Shown here piece after piece: positions 50,415-64,000 of a stretch of 64,000 nucleotides of DNA (position 1 is its first letter; each line of letters begins with the position of its first letter). The translations under genes were made by a program, and so were the position numbers. Location: contig OZ199839.1 in NCBI GenBank assembly GCA_964304625.1, forward strand, positions 9,593,979-9,657,978, in the 5' to 3' direction. This DNA comes from Kudoa neothunni (Eukaryota > Animalia > Cnidaria). The notes beneath the pieces were generated by a model that saw only the letters and a list, made by a program, of their open reading frames with translations, was not told the DNA's origin and ran no database searches.

Positions 50415-53337
50415 CCCTCTAACACGTCGCTTACCGATTCATTTTAGTTTCCGGATCCCCTACCTCTTACGAGGACAACTCCGCCCCCGTTATCGAAAAA
50501 GAGATTTAAAATGGATTTATTTTTAGGTGGGGAAAATATATAATTATTAAAATAACATTAAAAAGAGCAGAACAGTCTATTTTGACAGGAAAACAAATGT
50601 GAATAAAATAAATAAAACTGATAATTAATTTAATATTTGAACTTTTTATGCAAAATAGCAGATGTGAATGGTTGAGCTTACACGATATTTTGTAGTTTTG
50701 TTGTTTAGTTTATTGAATTTTTTAGTGCAAATTGACTTTAATTTAAAGTTAAAATTGTAGAACAAGGACAGAATTTACCAATTAAATATTATAGTTATAC
50801 CAATAATTAATCCTACAATTATAAATTAGAATGTTGATATTTATTAAACGATTTAAGGTAGGAATGTCTGAATTTCATCCAATAATTTATTTTTGGTAGT
50901 AAAGTTAAACATTCTCTACAAGTGAACATCGAAGGGTTGTATAAAATACGAAATTCTTATTCTTAAAAATTCCTGCATTTAATAATAAATAATCGACAAG
51001 GAAAAATTATGACATAACAGAGAAATCAGTTTCCGCAGCTTAACCCAAAATTTGTACACTGATAGAATATTATAATAAAATAAGTAATTATAAGAATAAC
51101 TTTGGAATAATAATTATTTACAGTGAAAACTTAATTTTACTGAAATACCGAAAAGGGAACAGTATCCCCTCCGTGTGCATAATCTTAATAAAGTAGGTCA
51201 CATGTTCTTTGAGAAAAAAATGTGAATTTTCATTGAAAGCAAAAGTGAATTTATTAATTTTGAAAAGAAATAAATAAAACAGGCAGAAAGCTTTACGTGT
51301 ATGTATGTAAGAAAATTATTGCAATAACGGATGTTTTTCTTGCGTATGGCGCATATTCTCCGTAGTATGCTCGAAGAGGGTGTTATATTTGGTTTATGAC
51401 AAATGGAAGCCTTCTGAAAATTGCTCAATACAGTTTTACGACCTACTAGGGCACTTTTCGTTTTAACTGATATTAGGTTTTTTACAATTAATTGCGTATG
51501 TGTAAGCAGGTCAATTTACGAGGAGTTCCCTACATTTATTAGTCTCCAGGAATTCATCGGGACAGAGACGGTATGTTGGTAAATCGTAACCGACAATATT
51601 TTTTGATCTTGTCATTATTCTATAGCAAACTATTGAATTATCAACAAGATCAACACTTCCCATATGCTTATTAGACATATACATGTTGTGTGGCTGGTTA
51701 ATCTGTAACAAATATATTTTAATTTTACAGTATCTATTAACTTTCGGAGTTGGACGTTGTCCAAAAAATTTAATTATCAATAAAATTGATTTAGTCTCAT
51801 TCCAATGTGAGAAAAGAATTTGTATGGAATTATCACTGAAATTTTCATTCGTACCTCAAATCGTTTTCTCCATCAGGCGCTTCGGTGTTATGGTTAATAT
51901 AGAAAATAAATCATCAAAAAACAATCCAAGTTTCGGTACATCCCTCAAGTCTTTTACGAACTTTTGACGACATTCATTCTGAGTCTCAGCTGTTGACTTT
52001 CCACGGTAAATAGAAAAGCTATATGCGTAATCATTTGAAGATCTTATTATCCAATTTTTAAACCTAAAGCGTAAAGGTTTGTCTCCATAAACATCATAGA
52101 GGAATGATATCCTTAATATCATATTATTTGTACATTTTTGGAGATATTCTTGTTAAAAATTCCACACTTTTTGAAGTTTACATTCAGTTTTTCAATTAAT
52201 GTTCTTAATTTAAACAATTTAACACCCTTGTCGATTTTTGCGTTATCATTAAAATTGAGGTATCCTTTAATGAATTTGTATTGTTTATAGGTCATCGCTA
52301 TTTTCACTAACATTACTCCGAATCCACATCGCCTTCCAAATACATATATTACCAGGAAACGTGCGATAGCAAATAAATAGCAATATACCAATAAATGTAT
52401 TGAGTTGTTCGGCTGTCAGGTTAAGGATGTGGACATTTTTCTGCTGAATGTATAAGTTAGATTGCTTTACAATCATCATTACCTTTTTGTCTAAAAGTTA
52501 TTGAAAAACATCGTAGGACTCGACTTTTTCTTAAAATTTACTGATTATAATCATATTACCCCTCAATCTCTCTGCATATTTCAAGTAAAATTCTTATACC
52601 AGTATCCACTGTTAAATTTGACATGAAATTACCCTCTTCATCCAATTAAAGTCTTAACATTGATTGGGGGAGGAATGATAATATCTTCGAATCATGTCAT
52701 CTTTATCACAGAATTCCTTAAAAGCGCCTAATAAATTGTTAGAACGAATTATTCCAATCAAGAATTTCAACAAACTGTGTAAAGGATTACTTGAAAATTT
52801 CAAAGTGGCTGAGTTGCTGTTTCTCTTTCTACGTATGACTATTTTGGTAATATTTTTCTTAATTCCAACTGTATGTCATAGGAAATCATGATATTGAGCT
52901 GCACACATATATAATTTCAAATCACAAATTTATGGACGGAAATAAATTAATCCCAACTTAATATTTCACTATTCGCACTAAATGAGTGTTTGAGCATGAA
53001 CAGCACGATATTTTTTTAACCATATAATAGGATTTCTTATTACAATTACTGTAGGTAATCGATTTTCCACATTTTTTTGCGTGTAAATAATAATTATATA
53101 TCCTTTTTTTGGAATTGAGAAGAAAAATTGATGTTTTTTTATTGAAATAGTATAAACGAGTATAAATTATACAATGAACAAAAAAATCTAGCGATATTTC
53201 GTTCAATACTTGGAAAAATCAATGATTTTAGTTTGTGTCATATTTTGAGCCGCTATGACTAGGCTTCAAAAAATCGAGGAGTTTCGACTCGACCCTCGAA
53301 AATTCTCCAAACCAACGAAATTTCGAGTGTATAGGGA
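50415..53337 (-). mobile_element. piggyBac (PGBD2/3-like) transposon, near full length but pseudogenised
   Basis: TTAA|CCCTCTAACAC left end (TTAA 50411-50414) and a similar inverted GTGTATAGGG near 53327-53337. Minus-strand fragments YGDKPLRFRFKNW, YAYSFSIYRGK, LFFDDLFS, HMGSVDLVD and YLNFNDNAKIDKGVKLFKLRTLIEKLN match piggyBac transposase motifs in several frames. Confidence 0.8.
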
Positions 53338-54449
53338 TTACCCTCTAGTCCGAAGAGATTAAGTCAATGTATTAACAAGATTGTGTGATTCGTTCACAGT
53401 GGATTTTTGTAATGAATGTTAAAGAAAATTTTCTTATCAAAATTTAGCAATGCATTATTTTTCGGAATAAATTAATTTATTACTCTTAAAATATCAGCTA
53501 AACCATAGTATTACAATATCTGTGTAAGAACTTTGAATGGTGTCGCATACAAAATCGGAAATAAAGTCGTTTCCTACAATTCATACTGTTCATTCATTTC
53601 TTTTTCAAAAGTTATTTCATTTTTGTTCGTATCACAAAAAATTACATTATGTAATTAAATTAAGCTCAAAAAGAATTAACCTATAAACTAGAAATAAATA
53701 TTAAGTCAAGCAGATTCGGATTTACGTGGAATCTCTATGTTGTTGATAAATGCATCGGAAAAATTATTATTTATCTATAATTTTTACAAATTAGAAGTCG
53801 TTAATTGTTCACCGATTTTTTTTATTGTATCTGTTAGTAATAAGTTTGTAAATGTTCAATTTTGTAACTTCGTATTTTAAAAACAGAACTTTCTGATTTA
53901 TTCTATTCATAATTAGAATGAAGATATTTCAATTTAACTATGGCGTAACTTTATGTGATTTTTAGTTTATAAATTTTTTCGGGTAATTTATTCATGATTA
54001 CAAAAATTTTATAACAATATTTGTTCTACCATTCAAACATGAAAATTTTTAATTTATTTTATTAAGTTTTCTTTTAATTAATGTTAACTTTAAAGTAGAG
54101 CAATCGTCACAAATCGAAATATACGACTTTTAAGCATTTATAATAAATCAACAATGGTATTTACAAGTCTAAAGCATTTATTTATTATTTATCTCAACAA
54201 AATAAAAATGATGTAAAAGCTAAAAAAACGGTTTTTACTTATTTTTTGAAGATAAAATGAAATATTAGATCATATTCTATAATTTACTTCAATATTTTTG
54301 TGTGGTTGAATGTTTCAAGCGTTTAAATATAATATAATTAGTTTACTGAGATGTATTGTCCATCAAAATGTTTGTAAAAACTAGAAACAACCACAAAAAG
54401 TTGGAATCATGAATTCCCTATCATAATCCTTAATAATCTTCTCTTCAAT

Positions 54450-55200
54450 ACATAATCACCTTCGATTTTTTTAGGGCCTAACCACAATTAAACAGCTACG
54501 TAAGATACATTATTTAATTTGTTCGCAGTGCCATCTTCTGGATCCCTTATGGAGCAGCTTCCTGATTCACCTTAATTATAATAAATACTGTTACCACTTT
54601 GATTATTTACAGAATCATCGTCAGTAATTCTCTCAATATCGTGGGAAATGAAATTTTTAGCAAAAACTAATCTTGTAAAATAATTTCAAATAGTATCTTA
54701 CATTTAAATATGACAGAATTTCTGGATCGTAAATGTGACATCATGTAAATCAGGTTGTTCAATCACGCAATTTTCGGCGTTGCTTGAATTTTCTTCCAAT
54801 TGTGCAAAAAATAACATTGAGATGATTATTTACGTTTTTAATGCTACAAAATATTTTCAGGCTTAGTGGTTGAAACATGCTGACCTTATTAACATAGAAA
54901 AACAGAGTTAAATGTTAGAAAATGTGAGTGATGTATGTACTACACAGTTGTCAACAAATAATAAGATCTTTCTGTTAGTACTAAAAAGCATTCAATTTTA
55001 TTATTTAAGTAAATGGAAAAGGTCGGACTTGTCATACATGCATTTTTATTGGGTTGATGTTGAAGAGGAAGTTCTATAATTTTTCTGACGCGTCGTGGTT
55101 TTTAAAAATTCCCTAGTATCGAGGGAGATCTTATCGCCAATCATTGAGAAAATAAGCATTAATACGGTAGTGTATGGGTCGTAGGCAATATGGCTCCAAC
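54450..55200 (-). mobile_element. pogo/Tigger (DDE_1) transposase remnant
   Basis: Minus-strand NKNACMTSPTFSIYL (cf. N.KAWMT..IF..WL), RKILLFVDNC..H and MFQPL, with frameshifts. Confidence 0.65.
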
Positions 55201-55599
55201 GCAATCTTTAAAAATTTACTTGTTTACCACTTATTTTGCTTTAATACAAATTTAAATTGATAGTTCAATAAAATATAGATAATTTGTAAATAAATAATTG
55301 GTTTCCAATGAAATTTTAGGGTTGAAAATTTCCTTTACGGATCTAACACAAAAATGACCCGAGCGCAGCACATAATCTGAACTATGCAATAAATAATGGA
55401 TGGAGAGTCAATTTTACGAAACAATTCACTGTAAATTACCAAAAAAACTCGAAATCATAAAGTTTTACGAGTTCATATCATATAATAAATATGTTAAGTT
55501 CCGAGTGATGGAAAAAGTTTCCAATAAAATACCACGATAATAAAAAGGTCTAAATGACCGATTCTATTTTGGTCTTTTTTTGAAAAATAAAATAGACAA

Positions 55600-56050
55600 C
55601 TCATTATTTTTAATAGAAAATTTTTTGATTATTCCTCGACTATTTCATAGCTCTCACAAACAATATTTGTCTATCGTAACACTGCTACTTTTTTCCGAAC
55701 ACAACCAATGTGCTTCAGTCATTGGATCATGGAATTGTTAGTTTAAAAATGATACACAAAAGAAATTTAATGACGTTATTCGTACATCCAGATCGAATTT
55801 CAAGATAATGGCCACATTGTAACTAATGTCTTATATGTTATTCATTTGGCAACCAAATTATGAGAATATATTAAGACGGAAACCATAGTTAACTGCTTTA
55901 AGAAATCATTTTTCCTCCATGAAAATCCATTAAATGATGATTACGATGATGATCAATTTAAACATGAAATAATTGAACTGATTGAAGAGGAGTAACCACT
56001 AGAACTAACAAATCCTATTGAAGAAATTCTAGAAAGTGACACAGACGACA
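55600..56050 (+). mobile_element. Second pogo/Tigger transposase remnant, opposite orientation
   Basis: PNTTNVLQSLDHGIV at 55695-55740 matches the DDE_1 motif PPNTTS.LQPLDQGII, followed by an acidic tail. Confidence 0.6.
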
Positions 56051-59000
56051 TTGCTTATATTGATAAAGTTATTATATTAAACCAAAAGGAATTATAATGA
56101 TTATCATAAGTTATAAAACTCTTTCTAAATAAAATTTTGTCAATATTTGAACAATTTTTTCAGGACAAAAAATATACAGCGATATTTTAATATGAAAAAG
56201 TATACAAGTTAATGTTTGTTTCAAATTAATTTATTATTGACTATATTATCGATGAAAACTGTTATTTTTTGCTTAACGCAATCGTTATTCAAATGTGTCC
56301 AGCGCAAAAATGGATACAACGCAGTAGTTTTCATCTTCCCAATTTCTGGGTTAGATCCACACACTATTATATAACTCTCTTTTTTTATTTCTTTATTCCA
56401 TATTTATTTTCATTTTGAATACATTAAATTAAATCATTAGATTAATTCAAATAATGATTTATTCCTTATTTGTTAGGTAGGTAGGATAACCCATTTTCAC
56501 CATGATTTAATACGCTCTCCGAATTATAAATTTTCAAGGGATAATCAAATGATCCATCCACGGAGGAAATTATTGAATTTTCCACACATATATTTTCCGT
56601 TTAATTTATTATTTTGGGATTAACTCACAAAACAAACCAACGGAATCATCGTCAACCAATGATCATAGGAGTGTTATCTTTTGAGTCGTCTTTTATGCCA
56701 GAGGCCATTTATTAGCCTATTTTTTTGCCCTCACTCGAGAAAAAAATATTTCTTTTTCTCAAAAGTTCGATCAATTCTTTTACTGTTGTATCAAGTAGTT
56801 TGAATTTCTCCCTTTTAATAATTTTGAGATTTTCACTCAAATCGTTAGAATTGAAGTCAATCGATATGCTTTTCTTCAATGATAGATCGGTGTCCAATGC
56901 GGTGATTATTTACCGAAGTGCTTAACGGTGTTGGCTCCAGAGTAGTGGTTCTTAATCATTCTTGCTTGCGGATCCCAAATGTGTTTGGCATTCATACTAA
57001 GTCGAAACTTTTCACTTTTAAATGAGTTTGGGGTCATTTTTTACCTCAGGATTAAAATATTAGTTTTGAATAAGTTACTTCATCAACAACGATAAACATT
57101 TAAATTTTTAAAATATAATTATCTATTTATAATTTTAGATGCAAGTTTCCCATAATGTTGATAAATGGGTTTACGCATAGGTTTCGTAGAATATCAATAG
57201 CAAGCTAACCGTTTTTTATGCTCTCTTAGACAAATGGAGCAGCTTAAGCTTGAATTTAAATCTCGTTTTCGTGAAATCTAATTTTGCTTAGCTGCATTGT
57301 CAATGCCACAATCATTTGGAAATTCTTTAACAAACTTAACATTATATTTTTTATTGTTCAGTGGTGAGAAATAACATCCCTAAATTAAATGGGCCGGATT
57401 ATTATGAAGAGAATAAATTTGACCACATAGGTTCAAAATACAATTATCCTAAAAAAATTCAATATTGAAATAATCTGAACTGCATTTAAAAAAAATTAAT
57501 TAATAATATAAATTTGATGTTTTGAGTACCGCACAGATATGATAGCTAATTAGGCAAACAGCTTTGGGCCACTGTATACAAATAAATACACATCAATCAA
57601 ATCTTTATTAAAAAAGACGTCTGTTATCATCTGTTCGTTTTCCAAAACCCGCAGAGGTTAAAATTTAACGTTTTGTGAATAAATTACACGTTTAATGGGT
57701 TCACCGATTATTTAAGAAGTACAATTGAACGCGATAAAAAAATATTTCGAAACTGTTTTTTTGCAAACCAAATTAAAAAATTGAATGAATTATTTTTTAA
57801 GGGATTTTTTTGTAGAGATTATTGAATTAGATAGTTTGTTGCGGCGTAATTTCATTGTTTAAAGTACGGCTGATCTGTTTATAATAAGCGACAATCCAAA
57901 AAATTTAAATAATACAGATTCATTCTACAATTTTCATGATTTTTTAGTTTGCGTAGCTTTTGTGACAACGCATATTCCAGTAAATTCCTATGCTTTATTC
58001 CTTCAAATAATCTAAATATTGTTGGCCACGTCTAATAATTATTCGTGTTTCTAATTATAACTTAACGTACACAGTTATTACACTTAAGTATGTAAAAATA
58101 TGGCACCTTTATATTTACGTACGAATTAATACCAAGCTGACTGTTAAAATATCTTAGAGAGAATCTAGAACCAAACTTTATCAAAAATAGATGAATTTCA
58201 TAGTAAATTTTCTATTGTTCACGATGGCCAAATGAAATATAATGGAGCAAGACCCAGCTCGCGAGCCAAATTATGGCCATCTCTGATTTATTTATTTTTA
58301 GGAAACGTTAGAGAGATTTTTTTATTAAAGATAAAATTTGAATTTTTCCATTATGTCGAATTTTTAATGCGTTAATATAATTATTTATTTTTGGATCAAA
58401 AATAAACCCAAACTCAATAAAAGATGAATTTACGTCAAAACGTAATTGAACACGCAATGGATTCAAATATAATCTCTTTATTTTACCATTTAAAATAATA
58501 TATATTTATAAGTGAATTTAAAACAATAAATTACACTTTTTAATGCTGATTCGTATAGTTTTTAAAAAGTGAACTATTCTCGAAGGTTACTTTCAACCCT
58601 AAACCGAATATGGGTGTTAAAATGAAAGATATTTATACATTAAATTTTTTAGAAAGCAATAATTTAATATCGAGTTTCTAAAAGGTTTTAATCCAAAAAC
58701 TAGCATCGCATACGGATGAAGCTTTGATGTTTTTAGATATTTTGTCCGTTTATCTCTAAAACTAGCGTAAGCTGCAAGCCAGAGAGATGATGTTACGAAC
58801 AGTGGGATTTTTACTGTATTTCAGCTTTTCAAAATCTTTCACGTTTACTCCAAATACCTTTTATATAGTCATTGTTACGTTCAAAATTTGGTTCATTTTA
58901 AAGAACACACTTTGATGTTTGTGTAATTATTAGAGTGATAAATAATGTCATTTTATGTCATAGATTAGTTAACGGCTTTATCAAATATTACTTCCTCTAA

Positions 59001-59085
59001 CTCATCAACTCATATAAATATGGGGTATTTATATTTAGAATAACCAAAAATAGATTACTTCCATTTTCTTTGGAGATTCCTTAGT

Positions 59086-59519
59086 TTTTTCACAAGATAA
59101 AACCCCTGGCGCAACTTATTAGGTTGTAGGATTCTGGTCGGTTATGCCTCTTCCATTAACGCTTTAGGCACCGCAGGACGTAACATGGAATCCTGCCCCT
59201 TATCTTTATGCGGTAATGTGGGAATTTAACCCATCAAACATCCTCGTCTCTGGGCGACCACCACACCAAACCCTATCTCTTTATGGGCGTTAGCTTTGTG
59301 GGGACTGCACATTACTTGCCTTTCGATGTGTTCCGGAGATTCAAACTCCTATTCACGCTCACCCCACTTCACAGCCAGCATACAATTTAAACACAGTCCT
59401 CAAATATGGGATAGAGACCCACCTACACGGAAGCAATAGTCTGACCACCGGTGGATTCGAACCCATTACCCCATGGTTCTGAGTCCGAGTGTCACACCGA
59501 TGTGTGATCTGTCCTCGGC
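59086..59519 (-). mobile_element. tRNA-derived SINE with target-site duplication
   Basis: Minus-strand 5' head GCCGAGGACAGATCACACATCGGTGTG..GGGTTCGAATCC (B box). Body about 50% GC, short A tail. Flanking near-perfect direct repeats GAGATTCCTTAGT (59073-59085) and GAGAATCCTTAGT (59525-59537). Confidence 0.75.
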
Positions 59520-60398
59520 TTCTCGAGAATCCTTAGTGAGCCTGCTTCGGACTGTACCTGGTTTTATTTCCTTCCGTACAGAAGAGTTAAATTTATGAGA
59601 AAAAAAATAAAAGAATTATTTAAGCAAGTATCTAAGAAAAAATTTTGACTGTTTTAAACGTATTCTTGTTTAAAGGCGAGTCAACAGAATGACACCAGTA
59701 TCGAAATAAATGAAAACAGTGTTACATAAAAAATTTATAGTTCTTTTTTGATATAATACACCATCGGTAAAAAAGTTGGAATACTTTAGAAAACAAATCT
59801 TTGTTTACAAGTTTCAGTAATGAATTTGTCATAGACTGAATAAGACATTATACATTAGGATATCCATTCAGCTCGAAAGTGTTAAAGAAAATTCATCCGT
59901 AAGCTTCTAAGTGATATTGTTGTGGGTGTCGAAATTCCCGCATCGAATCTAATATTTTCGAAATAAAACCAGAGAATTATAAAAAAACTTAAGTAATTTG
60001 TATGTAGGTCAATTATTTTAACTACTGCTTACGACATTTTATTTTACCCGAGACTTGCGTGCACGCCATTAGTTAGCCATAATGGGGAATATAACTCTCA
60101 TTGTAATAGAATGTATGAACAAGAAATTAATCAGATCTTTCTCAATACTCAATACCATGATATCACAGAATGATTATGATTTTGAAGTCCTATTTTTAAT
60201 CAAGAGTAAAATGAATAAATGAAATAAAGCTTTTTGTAATAGAACTCACAATTTTTTAAAATCTTGAACAAATCTTCAATTCAAAATTAATAAGATTTGT
60301 TGGTCAATTGATAAATATAGAATGATTGGATATTATATATTACTATCGGGTTTAAGTGGTTAATATCACTCGTTTAGTTTCTCAATTACGAGGAAAAA

Positions 60399-63300
60399 AT
60401 GATAGGGCGAATCGTTTTGCATATATTAGGCCTCATTTCTATAAGTAATAAATGAATTATTACTTTCACAACATTTACATCTCATTAGTTTTACATTCGA
60501 TTGTTGGTTCTGCAGTTGAAATCGATAATAATATACTGAAATTAAGCTTCTCGAATCATGCGAATGAATATAGAATATCGTTAACAGGATACAGAATCGA
60601 AGACAGCCACCGGAAATGTTCACTTCAGTATTCCGATTCCACGACAGAACCATCACTCAAAACTATTCCTAATTGTAATAGTATAACCGGAAAGCAAGAT
60701 GAATCATCAAAAATGTGCATTTTCGATTGCAAAAAAGTCGATTTACAATTAGATGGAAACGAATTTAAGAAAATTAAATATGTAAGATGGTGCCAAGGTA
60801 AGGGTGAGACAGCTATAAAGACATGTCCTTATAAAAAAGTGTATAAACTCAAAGGTAATTGACAAATTAAACATTTATTATATAAAGTTAATAAGATATT
60901 TATCTAAAAAGCATATTGTCTGCGTTCAAGTTAAATAATGAATTCACTGTATCGGTTAAAACAAAAATAAACGGCGAGTTTACGTCCACAATGGACGGTG
61001 TTCAGCAAACTACCGCGAGCTTAAATATTAAGTTTTATGAAAAAAATACGATTAAGCTTTTGACAACACCTGTCATGACATCTTTCTTTGTGAAATTTAC
61101 CGATATACTGCCAGAAATCCTCATAAACCCTATGAAACCTAAAGAAGATTGGTTTATTGCAATTGGATCGGTTGGAACAACTGGTGACAACAATTATTTT
61201 TATACAATAAAACTCCAAAACCCTGAACCGTCAAAAATGTGCTATTTTGGAATAAAAAAAGTAGACGATTTTCATTTTTCCTCCTACTGCGCAAAAATGA
61301 AAACAGCAGGACCATGCCTTCAACCTTGTTATAAAGCCACATTATATTACAAGTCAAAGTTGGACTTCGCTCAAGTACTTGTAAAACGCCCCAATATGTT
61401 GACCACAAAAGAATTTATCCAGACAGTGACATGTATTCATCAACTATTTTACAGATTTTAATTTTTGATTAGTTAAAGAGCACCAACCTACAGCTACTTC
61501 AGTGAAAAAAACACAAGCTACGTTCAACTTTTCTGATTTAAATAAAAACGAAGCTACTAACTCTGAAATCAGTGATGCTTTTATTGGGGAAATTAAGCTA
61601 ATAAAGAAATATCATGGAATAAATTGCACTGGTGACGACGCCGTTTGTACAGAAAACTCTGATTGCAAACGTTTTTCTTCGAAAACCTTTGATTCACTTC
61701 TACCGCTGACAGAATACATATTAAAGGTTAAAATAACTGGAGTTCAAGTCTTTGACTCATATGAAGTAAATCATTATCATAAATACTTTTACTTCAAAAC
61801 CAAAGGTATTCTTAATTGTGATAGTTGAACTTAAATTAAGTAGGAGATAATTTCGAATCTCAAAAAGAAATTACACCAACGGTTGTCCAAGATCAACCTA
61901 CCAGATTAAACTTATCTCCAAAAGGACTTTTTTCAGTTGGAACTAATGTGGATGCGAAATGTGAACTTTATTACTCGACCTCTGGAAACGAAGAATCGAA
62001 ATTTCCAGCCACATGCCTAATAAATGATGAAAAAAAATTTTGTTTCGATACATGCACAATTCCCTTTTCCATTATTAACCTTGATCCTAAAACAAGCTAC
62101 AAAATAACGATCTGCTCGGAAGGTTATACATGCGAAGCAGATAGCAATGCGGTCGAAAGTAATTTAATATCCATTTAGTAACAATAATTACATTCAACAG
62201 CTAGCGGAATTTCTCTCTCGGTTTCTATATTTAATCATGATAATGATAAATCTACAGCTACAATATCACCTACAAATGGAAACCTTGGGGATTCATGGGC
62301 TTATATTCTCATAGAAAAAACGTCTCTGAGGGAAGTAATTGATTGCTTGAATAGTGTTTGCAGTCCTATTGTCACAGAAAGAGAAAGTAAGAAGATATTA
62401 GAATTTCCATGGACGATCATTATCGCAGAAGTTACGTACCAATTAGTTGTAATAAATACAAATACTGCTAAACCCGTAACTCAATATATGGAAAGTAAAA
62501 ATTATCAAATTTAATATATATAAAATATCCTAGGAGAGACTAAAGAACTTGATGCTAAAATGATTATCAAATATGCTTCAAGCGAAATATATAAAATAAA
62601 ATTTACAGGTGAGATCATTGGTGTAAGGGAAAAACAATGTACTGTTAAGAAGTCTGATGACGAATTAACTACTTATGAAAATATAAGCCAAGAGGGTGAA
62701 GTTACAAAAAGATGCAGTAATTTAGGGGAAGAGATTAATGCTAACATTAATATTCTAAATAAATATAAATACGTATCAGTCACTTATAATGATGAAAAAA
62801 CCATAACTAAGAGTAACCCATCTAAATCCCGCATAAATCCTGAAATCTTGAAAACGTCAGGAGAACCGGACGATGAACATAAAATCGACCATGGACAGGG
62901 TGGTACACAGGATCTTACATCCAAAGGGAAAAATCAGCTGCCACAAATTGAAAAAGTTCTTTTTAAAAGAGGATATGTTTATGCTTATTATTTCGCAGGT
63001 AGTTTAATAATTTGGGAACAATCTAACTTTCTCTAGATCATTTTGAAGAAATAGGAATGATCGCAACTATAACTGAAGATAAAATAAAAATAGGATCAAG
63101 TAAATGTTCAATGAATTGCAAAGCGCATAGAGACAGCCAAGAGCTTGGTGATATAATAGAAAATGAGGCGAGATGTACTACATTTGGAAGTTATTCTATT
63201 CCAATTAGTGAAAATACTGAAGATTACTTTATCAGTTGTCCTGGATATTTTGATTTTCATTACTTTTACGATACCACCTTTACGAAAAAATATGCTCCAA

Positions 63301-64000
63301 TATTCAGTAGATTTTATTATGAGCTGACTGTTAATGAAAATGAAAGAAAACTCACCGTGAAATTAGTCAATGAGATGCCATCCGAAATATGCACTTTTGA
63401 ATGGTTAGATGCAACCGATTCATCTTCAAACACATTCTTTTCAAACAGGTGTAAAAATAAGGGAAATTGTTTTCACACTATCTGTAGTAATATAACATTT
63501 GAAAATATACCAGCAGAAGTAAAGGCAGTTAAAATACGTGTCTTAAAATTAGGAATGGAACCAGTGATTGGTTACCAATCAAACGTCCACATTCGTAATA
63601 TTCGTTATTATAAATTTGTTTTTTATTTATTAAATATAGTAAAACATGGAAGAGATATTCCCTTAAAAACAAAAGATAACAAAATAATAGTCGACCTTAA
63701 TAATAAGAATAAGAATGAGGATGGTACAGAAGTTAACACACAACCTGTTCCATCATGCTCTTTGAAGCACTGGAACGCCTACGCTCCGATTGAATCCATT
63801 AGTTTGATGGAATCCTTTACTAATCCACCTGGCTGTGAATTCGGTGAAGTTGGGCTCACACCTGATCCAACAGATTTACCTTATGTTGTAATGGTAATGA
63901 TACATAATCTATCAAAATATTTTCCAAGAAAATATTTTTATCATAAATTAGGTAAACTATTTACTTTATTATGGTTTTTAATTTACTCGTAAGATCAAAC
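60399..64000 (+). CDS. Large Cys-rich/FN3-like surface protein, paralogue B (runs off the window)
   Basis: Signal-peptide-like MIGRIVLHILGLISI-ILHSIVGS. Exon-by-exon homology with 24250-31060: IDNNIL, SHRKC.LQY, VRWCQGK, YTIKLQNPEPSK.CYFGIK, GPCLQPCYKATLY, FDFHYFYD..RFYYEL. Confidence 0.8.

Noticed and set aside
50139-53400. piggyBac element interrupting RCC1L
   Set aside because: RCC1L has a plausible complete C-terminus and stop at 50138, before the element.
59444-59519. Functional tRNA gene (possible CAG anticodon)
   Set aside because: The acceptor and anticodon stems pair poorly, and the sequence heads a TSD-flanked element, so it is treated as a SINE head.
1-64000. Alternative genetic code or stop-codon readthrough explaining the fragmented ORFs
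   Set aside because: Nearly all apparent stops fall within short GT/GC-AG introns. TAA and TGA end genes at the expected positions.

Overview
Eukaryotic, very AT-rich DNA (roughly 25% GC outside exons, estimated by eye), standard genetic code, with compact genes split by many short (mostly 35-55 nt) spliceosomal introns, so the ORF track shows only exon fragments. An RSK-type double kinase and an adhesion GPCR point to a holozoan. A reduced or parasitic animal is plausible, but the taxon cannot be fixed from this window. Manual splicing gives nine genes: an adhesion GPCR with nine Cys-loop ectodomain modules (~1129-7266 +); two RSK-like paralogues with both kinase domains catalytically degenerate (9935-12961 +, 20562-23539 +); two paralogous large Cys-rich/FN3-like surface proteins, the complete one built from a 3x5-module super-repeat (24250-31060 +, 60399->64000 +); DHX35 (-) head-to-head with prefoldin-1 (+); an intronless, GC-richer cytosolic-MDH-family gene (-); and RCC1L (+). 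Intergenic DNA and long introns contain decayed piggyBac, hAT and pogo/Tigger elements and one tRNA-derived SINE with a target-site duplication. Top finding: the MDH-family enzyme has Leu in place of the malate-specificity Arg and Ala in place of the nearby Gly, as in the Trichomonas LDH that evolved from MDH. It is a candidate independent MDH-to-LDH (2-hydroxyacid dehydrogenase) conversion. All exon boundaries are manual inferences without transcript data.
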